DNA of 47,809 bases from Thermodesulfobacteriota bacterium (GTDB lineage: Bacteria; Desulfobacterota; Thermodesulfobacteria; Thermodesulfobacteriales; Thermodesulfobacteriaceae), in the NCBI GenBank assembly GCA_003641645.1, contig QNAZ01000001.1, forward strand, positions 1-47,809, in the 5' to 3' direction. This document shows positions 17,893 to 23,412 of this stretch, one piece after another. Both the position numbers and the translations under genes were made by a program. Under the pieces are notes generated by a model that saw only the letters and a program-made list of their open reading frames with translations, did not search any database and was not told the DNA's origin. Numbering within the stretch: position 1 is the first letter of the stretch; each line of letters starts with the position of its first letter.

Positions 17893-18738
17893 TTACTTCT
17901 TAAATTTATTATACAAATACAAAATGAACTTTTCATATTGAGAAAAATTCATAAACTTCATAACAGAAGGCTTATTGCTTAAAGGAGATTGCAATGAAAC
18001 CTTAGCATTTATGAATAGTAATCTTCCATAATAATATCTCCAGTATGCATTCACTATTATTCTGATACCATGTTTCAAGTAAAAGATATACTCATTTCCT
18101 AACTTTTCCCATCTCTTTGCAATTCTTCCCAAAGTATTTCTCAGTAATCTGCTTTTTATCTTTAGTAAATCAAATTTGTCTTTAAATTTTTGCTTTAATC
18201 CAATTGAACGGATAAACATTTTTACTTTCTTAATTCCTTGTTTCCAGCTCCATTCTTTGAAAAAGGAAATTGCTTCAAAGCTTTTCTGAGACTTCTTTAT
18301 CATATAGCCGATATTGATACCTTCCAGATTCTTTATGTGAATATATCCATATTTGAAATCTTTAGTAAAGAAATTTTTCATTCCTAAATTTTCAAAATGT
18401 ATATATTTATTGCTTGCAATGTAAATATGCCAGTGAATTACCTGTCTTTGCTGAAATTCTGCATAAGTGAAATATTCATATTGAACATTTCTATAATGAT
18501 AATCAAGATAATCTCTTAAGTGTTTAATAAAACCTGAAATTCCACCAATCTCTTTTATAAAATCTGCATAGCTATCCCAGTCATTAAAACTAAGAGTAAT
18601 TAATTTTACTTTCCAACCCTTTCTTTTTAAATATTTGAATAATCTGGCACTGATGGCAATATTATCAATAACTCTTTTTCTGCACAATTCAATATAGCTT
18701 AATTCTATTAAGTTCTCTTTTCTTTCTGGAATATTCAA
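17893..18738 (-). CDS. HUH-superfamily rolling-circle Rep-like endonuclease
   Basis: Motif I LITLSF, motif II EFQQRQVIHWHI, motif III YMIKK; TTG start. Confidence 0.72.
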   Translation of the reverse strand: MNIPERKENLIELSYIELCRKRVIDNIAISARLFKYLKRKGWKVKLITLSFNDWDSYADFIKEIGGISGFIKHLRDYLDYHYRNVQYEYFTYAEFQQRQVIHWHIYIASNKYIHFENLGMKNFFTKDFKYGYIHIKNLEGINIGYMIKKSQKSFEAISFFKEWSWKQGIKKVKMFIRSIGLKQKFKDKFDLLKIKSRLLRNTLGRIAKRWEKLGNEYIFYLKHGIRIIVNAYWRYYYGRLLFINAKVSLQSPLSNKPSVMKFMNFSQYEKFILYLYNKFKK

Positions 18739-18750
18739 TTTATCTCTCTT

Positions 18751-18954
18751 CTATTCTTCTGTATATTTTTCAATGCTTGAAATTTCTTTGAAATTATATC
18801 TTACTGGAGCTTTTTCAAAGATAAGAAAAGCTCCTTCTTTTTCTGTTTCTATTGCTATCAATTTATCTACAAAATCATACCCACTTTGCAGTTTTACTGA
18901 GCATTTTCTTCCAAGCAATTTTGTAAGAGCAGTTACTTTTGTAGTTAAAGACAT
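18751..18954 (-). CDS. Small Sm/Hfq-like protein (paralog of 11825-12022)
   Basis: LLGRKCSVKLQSGYDFVDKLIAIE; GGAGG SD. Confidence 0.45.
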   Translation of the reverse strand: MSLTTKVTALTKLLGRKCSVKLQSGYDFVDKLIAIETEKEGAFLIFEKAPVRYNFKEISSIEKYTEE

Positions 18955-18978
18955 AGAAAATAAATCACCTCCTTCTTA

Positions 18979-19413
18979 TTAGTTATAAAACTTTTCAATA
19001 TTCTTGTAGTAACAATATTGAGATAAACAAATTGAATTCATTTTTTCAAAAAGAACATTTAGAAACTTATTAAAATCTTCCAAAGATTTATTTTCATTTT
19101 TTGCATATATAATCAAATTTCTTTCAATAATTTCCATTACTTCAGAACTTTTCTTATTAAAATCACAAATCAATACAAAAAGAACTGATAAAACATTTCC
19201 ATCCAACAGCTTTATTATTCCTTTTACTACCGTAAAAATAAGAGTAGAAAGAATCCTCAACTTTCTATCTATTTCATTCAAAGAGTAAAATTCTTCAGGT
19301 TTAAGTATTGCTTCAGAAAGTTCCTTATTTGTAATCCCTATTGCTTGCCAGAAATCATTAGCATCATGATCAAATGGTAAAGTCTTGATTTGAGTTATCT
19401 GCTGCTGCATCAT
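18979..19413 (-). CDS. Hypothetical protein
   Basis: AGGAGG SD. Confidence 0.7.
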   Translation of the reverse strand: MMQQQITQIKTLPFDHDANDFWQAIGITNKELSEAILKPEEFYSLNEIDRKLRILSTLIFTVVKGIIKLLDGNVLSVLFVLICDFNKKSSEVMEIIERNLIIYAKNENKSLEDFNKFLNVLFEKMNSICLSQYCYYKNIEKFYN

Positions 19414-19726
19414 TTTTAGACCTCCTTTCTCTTTTTTCTTTCCATCTATAATAACAAATCAAAAACACTATAGTTCCTACCAAAACAAAGCATTCCAGAG
19501 AGCAGAAGATATTTCCATATATTTTATCAAAGCCAATTTTCATTCCAATCAAAGTAAATACAATAAAGCAAAATGTTGCATTCAGCCAAACTGCACTTTG
19601 ATAGATAAGGCTTATATCCTTTGCTGTTTTTCTTTTAAGAAGCAATCTTATTTGAGCTATTGCAAAGCTTCCTGTTATAATTGATAAGATTGTAATAATA
19701 CTTTGCAGATAAGGTAGTATTTCCAT
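19370..19726 (-). CDS. PQ-loop / SemiSWEET-like three-TM membrane protein
   Basis: IAQI...KRKTAKDIS matches the PQ-loop pattern PQ......K.A.DIS; three TM helices. Confidence 0.6.
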   Translation of the reverse strand: MEILPYLQSIITILSIITGSFAIAQIRLLLKRKTAKDISLIYQSAVWLNATFCFIVFTLIGMKIGFDKIYGNIFCSLECFVLVGTIVFLICYYRWKEKRERRSKNDAAADNSNQDFTI

Positions 19727-19752
19727 TCATTTTCTCCTTTCAACTTATTAAA

Positions 19753-20052
19753 CTATTGAATTATTGTTTCTTCTGTTTTTTGAGTTAAAACATTAATAAG
19801 AAAATCCAAATCTTCTCTTAAAAGAAGAACTTGGACATACTGATTTGAGATCCAGCAATCCATTTGCTTATACTTATCCCAGCTTTCCTTTGCCTGTTTT
19901 AGCTGTTGGACAAAGTATTCCTTTTCAGTTTCATTCATGAGATAAATTGTAACTCTTCCCAGAGCATAAGTAAGAGCATAGCTTTCATCCTGCAAAGATT
20001 TACGGATTTTCCATCTATCATTTTCTCCTATGAGAATGCTTTGCATTGACAT
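19753..20052 (-). CDS. Hypothetical protein
   Basis: ORF with AGGAG SD. Confidence 0.65.
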   Translation of the reverse strand: MSMQSILIGENDRWKIRKSLQDESYALTYALGRVTIYLMNETEKEYFVQQLKQAKESWDKYKQMDCWISNQYVQVLLLREDLDFLINVLTQKTEETIIQ

Positions 20053-20053
20053 T

Positions 20054-20338
20054 TTATTGCTCCTTTTTACCTTTTTCTACTTCATAACAAATTTCCTGAA
20101 TAATATTTTGCAATTTAATTATTTTGCAATAAATCGCATTTTCAGAACTTACTTTTTGAGATTCCATCCATTTTCTAATTGCTTTACATATTTCCAGTAT
20201 ATCTTTTAAATACTTTAGTTGAATAAAACCCGAACTAAGCAAAAGTTCTTTAAGATCAAGTTCAACAGTAATATCAATCTTTATACCTTTTTCTCTTGAA
20301 CCTTTCAGCTCATTGAGTATTGCCTTTATTATGCTCAT
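20054..20338 (-). CDS. Hypothetical protein
   Basis: ORF with AAGGAG SD. Confidence 0.65.
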   Translation of the reverse strand: MSIIKAILNELKGSREKGIKIDITVELDLKELLLSSGFIQLKYLKDILEICKAIRKWMESQKVSSENAIYCKIIKLQNIIQEICYEVEKGKKEQ

Positions 20339-20489
20339 GTTTATCTTTCTCCTTCACAAAATAGTTTTTATAAACATAAGAAGACATATATCTTATTAAA
20401 ACCCATTCCAATGCTTTAGCCCAGTAGAAAAACTCTGGATTATATTCATACATTGGATCAATCGTTGTAGTATTACTATCCCGAAACAT
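20310..20489 (-). CDS. Small leaderless early protein (59 aa; not in the ORF track)
   Basis: MFRDSNTTTIDPMYEYNPEFFYWAKALEWVL...; ATG lies 7 nt after TATAAT. Confidence 0.55.
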   Translation of the reverse strand: MFRDSNTTTIDPMYEYNPEFFYWAKALEWVLIRYMSSYVYKNYFVKEKDKHEHNKGNTQ

Positions 20490-20496
20490 TTCTATT

Positions 20497-20563
20497 ATTA
20501 TATCATGATTTTATTATTTTGTCAACACTAAAAAGTTGAAATTTTAAATTTTTATGATAAAAT
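20497..20563. promoter_or_regulatory. Back-to-back divergent sigma70 promoters
   Basis: Minus strand: TTGACA(20525-20520)-N17-TATAAT. Plus strand: TTGAAA(20536)-N16-TAAAAT. Both carry the TG extension, and the transcription strand switches here. Confidence 0.8.
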
Positions 20564-20573
20564 AAAAAGTAAA

Positions 20574-20843
20574 ATGAAAACAGAAGACAAAATTTATCAA
20601 GAAGTAAATAATCTAATTAAAAGCTTATACAATTCAGATGGAACTATTAATATCAAAAAGCTAAAGGAATTGCAGCTTTATGGTTCTTCTGTCAATTGGG
20701 GGGATTTAAGCTGTTGCCATGTAGAAAAAGCTTATGTAGTTTATGTCAGTGAAGCTGCTCCTGATGCTTATGCATTACAGAGGTATATAGAAGAAGAAAT
20801 GAGAAAGAAAGGTTATAAAGTTAAAGTAATAACAGAATGGTGA
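20574..20843 (+). CDS. Hypothetical protein
   Basis: ORF directly behind the promoter. Confidence 0.7.
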   Translation: MKTEDKIYQEVNNLIKSLYNSDGTINIKKLKELQLYGSSVNWGDLSCCHVEKAYVVYVSEAAPDAYALQRYIEEEMRKKGYKVKVITEW

Positions 20844-20850
20844 CAATCTC

Positions 20851-20991
20851 ATGAAAACATTTCTATTAATCCTTTATGCATATTCCATCTCTCTGCTAAC
20901 AATTGCAATACTGAAAAGCAAACCTGCCCTTGCAATGCTCGTTGCAATATTCGTAGGAATACTATCAGCATTAATATCAAAAGAAAATTAA
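20851..20991 (+). CDS. Small hydrophobic membrane peptide (46 aa)
   Basis: MKTFLLILYAYSISLLTIAILKSKPALAMLVAIFVGILSALISKEN. Confidence 0.45.
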   Translation: MKTFLLILYAYSISLLTIAILKSKPALAMLVAIFVGILSALISKEN

Positions 20992-21538
20992 ACTTAAAAT
21001 AAACCCACCAAAATAATACTATAGCAATAGCAAAAATCTAAAAAATCTCTATTCCAATAATAGTTCCTTAACCAAAAATCAAAAAACAAAACAAATTAAT
21101 GAGAAATTTTACCTTTAAAATTTCGAATGAATTAAAAAAGAAAAATTTCTTAAATTCAAACAAAAAGTAAAAAACAAATAGAATAAAAAATAAAATAAAA
21201 ATCAAAATAAGAAAAAAGAAACTTATATTCCAAAAATAGTAAGTAAAAAGAAAAGAAATCCTACTAAATGAATTTAGAAAAATCTATCTTAATTTCTTCT
21301 ATTAATAACTACCTTAAAACCTCTTTCTCTATACTTTATATCCTCTATCCTTCTTATAATCAATATCAAAAGTATAACATATGAATCTAATACTTTTTCT
21401 TTCTTTAAATAACTGCTTCAAATCCTTTTTAATATTTCATATCCCTTACTCCGTAAGATATGAAATATAGTATAAAATACCAAACTTCAAAAGATGATAA
21501 TAAGAAAAAAATTTATGATAATTTTATATGAAAAAATA
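20992..21538. other. Non-coding AT-rich region, candidate replication origin, with a hairpin at 21432-21468
   Basis: No ORF; an A-rich tract followed by a pyrimidine-rich tract; 12-bp inverted repeat ATATTTCATATC/GATATGAAATAT. Confidence 0.45.
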
Positions 21539-21566
21539 TTGAAGAAAATGAAAAGTATGGTATAAT
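21539..21566 (+). promoter_or_regulatory. Promoter TTGAAG-N16-TATAAT (TG-extended) for the Cys-rich / Cas7-like / array / pol unit
   Basis: Followed by AATAAGAAAA, like the other family members. Confidence 0.75.
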
Positions 21567-21599
21567 AATAAGAAAAAGAAGTAAGGAGGCAATAAAGGG

Positions 21600-21980
21600 A
21601 TGGTAATGGTTAGAAATAGGTTATATTCTGAAAAAGATTATAAAGGACAGTGGATTGATGCTCCTGATGAATGTTGTCCTTGCAGACCTTGTTGGCATTT
21701 GTATCATTTTCCTTGGTGGGATAGTTCAGGAAAGATGCATAGTCATTTTAATTGTGTTACAAGACATAATAGTGGATGTCCTTTTCCTAAACTAAGACCT
21801 CTTCATATTTTTTATCTTTCTAAGAGATTTAAAAAGAGAAAGAAAGGGGATGTATTCAGATGTTTAAGATGTGGAAAGGAAGTAAGGCTAGGAGAAGAAG
21901 AATGTGATTGGATAGCTGTTCCACATCGTCAAAGAAAGAAAATTATAGAATATTTAAGACAAAAGGGAATAAGAGCATAA
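21600..21980 (+). CDS. Cys/His-rich putative zinc-binding protein
   Basis: CCPCRPCWH, HFNC...H.SGC, CLRC; TAAGGAGG SD. Confidence 0.7.
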   Translation: MVMVRNRLYSEKDYKGQWIDAPDECCPCRPCWHLYHFPWWDSSGKMHSHFNCVTRHNSGCPFPKLRPLHIFYLSKRFKKRKKGDVFRCLRCGKEVRLGEEECDWIAVPHRQRKKIIEYLRQKGIRA

Positions 21981-22004
21981 AAACACAAGAAAGGAGGGGA
22001 CAAG

Positions 22005-22805
22005 ATGATAGAAACATTAGAGTTAGTAGTAAGGTTAAGTTTTATTTCTGACATACTTGGGACAGCTCCAAGTCCAGAATTATTGAAATTAGATTTCTTT
22101 AAAATGATTGGAAAGAAAGCTTTAAAGGATGCAAAGAAGTTGGAAAAAGAAACAGAAAGATTATCGACCGAAGCTTATACTAAAGAAGACTATAAGGTAT
22201 CAAAGTCTTCCGAAGAGAAAGAAAAGAATAATGAAATAACACAGATAACTTATTTCAGAAAAGATAATAAAGGAATTTATTTACCAAATTTTATGGTTAA
22301 GGGATTTCTTAAAGCTGCTGCTCAAGCTTTAAAGGAGCAAATTAACTTACCAAATCCAAGAGCGAAGATTGACAGATATGTTTTTATATTTCCTAACAAA
22401 ATTTATTTGTATAGAAATGGAAATGTTCTTAAGAAACATAAAGATGAGTATATTCGTCCAATAAGGGCAATGACTCCAAAGGGTGAGAGAACTTCTTTGG
22501 TATCATCTGAGAGAATTGAAGCATCGGAAGATAATCCTGTTATAACAGATGAAATTAGAATTGTGTTGATTAAGAATAGAGAAATAAATCTGAAGAAATT
22601 GAAGAAGATGTTGGAGTATGGACTTTATTCTGGAATAAGTCAATGGAGGAGTGCTGGATTTGGTAGATTTAAATGGGAGCTTATTTCTCAGACTGAAGAA
22701 ATAGAAGAGGAGAAGGAAAAAGTTGAGAATAAGAGTGAAAACGAAGAAAACAATAATGAAGTGAAGAAAAAGAAGATAAAAGTGAAAAAGGCAAATGAGA
22801 AGTGA
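22005..22805 (+). CDS. Solo Cas7/RAMP-fold (Csm3/Csf2-like) RNA-binding protein
   Basis: N-terminal beta-strand plus ILGT; YLPNFMVKGFLKAAA (compare IPGSSLKG.LR); C-terminal glycine-rich loop YSGISQWRSAGFGRF; acidic/basic tail; AGGAGG SD. No other cas genes in the window. Confidence 0.72.
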   Translation: MIETLELVVRLSFISDILGTAPSPELLKLDFFKMIGKKALKDAKKLEKETERLSTEAYTKEDYKVSKSSEEKEKNNEITQITYFRKDNKGIYLPNFMVKGFLKAAAQALKEQINLPNPRAKIDRYVFIFPNKIYLYRNGNVLKKHKDEYIRPIRAMTPKGERTSLVSSERIEASEDNPVITDEIRIVLIKNREINLKKLKKMLEYGLYSGISQWRSAGFGRFKWELISQTEEIEEEKEKVENKSENEENNNEVKKKKIKVKKANEK

Positions 22806-23389
22806 TGGAAGGATTTTGTTTTGGGAATTATTGTTTAGTGAAGCAAAGGTAAAGTTTTGATTAGAGGAGTGAAGTTTTGATAAGGTAAAGGTTGTGTGCA
22901 GGAGTGTTAGGTATTGGTTTAGAAATGTTATGAGTTGAATGAGTACTGTTATGGAGAAGTGGAGAAATGTGTCGCAGAGTTTTGGTTTTGTTATGTAATG
23001 AAACGAAGAGTTTTGCAAAGGAAAACTATTATCTTGTATCGTTGTGGTTATGTTAAGATTGGTAATGTTGAGGTTATGTTATATATAGACTTGTATTGTT
23101 GAGGTTAGGTTAAGTAACCTGATGTTTAGTAATGGTTTTGTTTCGTCCAGTTGGATCTTGTTTTGGAGCTGTTTTGCATATTAATGTTTTGGAACTGTTA
23201 AGTAAAGATTAGTAATGGTAAAGTTAGAAGATGTTTTGTAGTGTAGAGGATAAGCATTGTTTTGTGCAGTAAAGGTTGTGCAATGTTAATTAAAGCAATG
23301 TTTTCTCTTGTTCTGAAAGTAAAGTTAAAGTTATGCTTTGTAGTATAGGGTTAAGGTTATGTTCAGTTTGATAGAGTAGTGTAAAGATA
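22806..23389 (+). ncRNA. Cryptic pentamer array (xGY-NN)n in about 20 units of 5n+1 nt; candidate guide-RNA array for the Cas7-like protein
   Basis: Starts at the first base after the stop codon. By hand count, G is at pentamer position 2 in about 100 of 113 pentamers. Unit starts: 22806, 22847, 22883, 22889, 22915, 22941, 22952, 22983, 23019, 23045, 23071, 23102, 23133, 23164, 23190, 23216, 23247, 23273, about 23314, 23328, 23354. The RNA function is inferred. Confidence 0.8.
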
Positions 23390-23412
23390 AAAAATAAGCA
23401 AAGGAGTTTGTA

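Noticed and set aside
20496-20512. 10/12 gapped (NNx) match of array unit 23071 to the phage's own early promoter
   Set aside because: Both sequences are nearly all A/T, so such matches are expected many times by chance in this window.
22503-23018. 171-aa minus-strand ORF (and 23363-23557) overlapping the array
   Set aside because: Antisense to the RAMP-like gene or polA with low-complexity L/F/H translation; period 5 with +1 shifts is not a codon signal.
22806-23389. Canonical CRISPR array or TIGR-type array next to the Cas7-like gene
   Set aside because: No identical 25-40 nt repeats with unique spacers, no box C/D-like motifs, and no Nop-domain protein; the conservation is at pentamer level.
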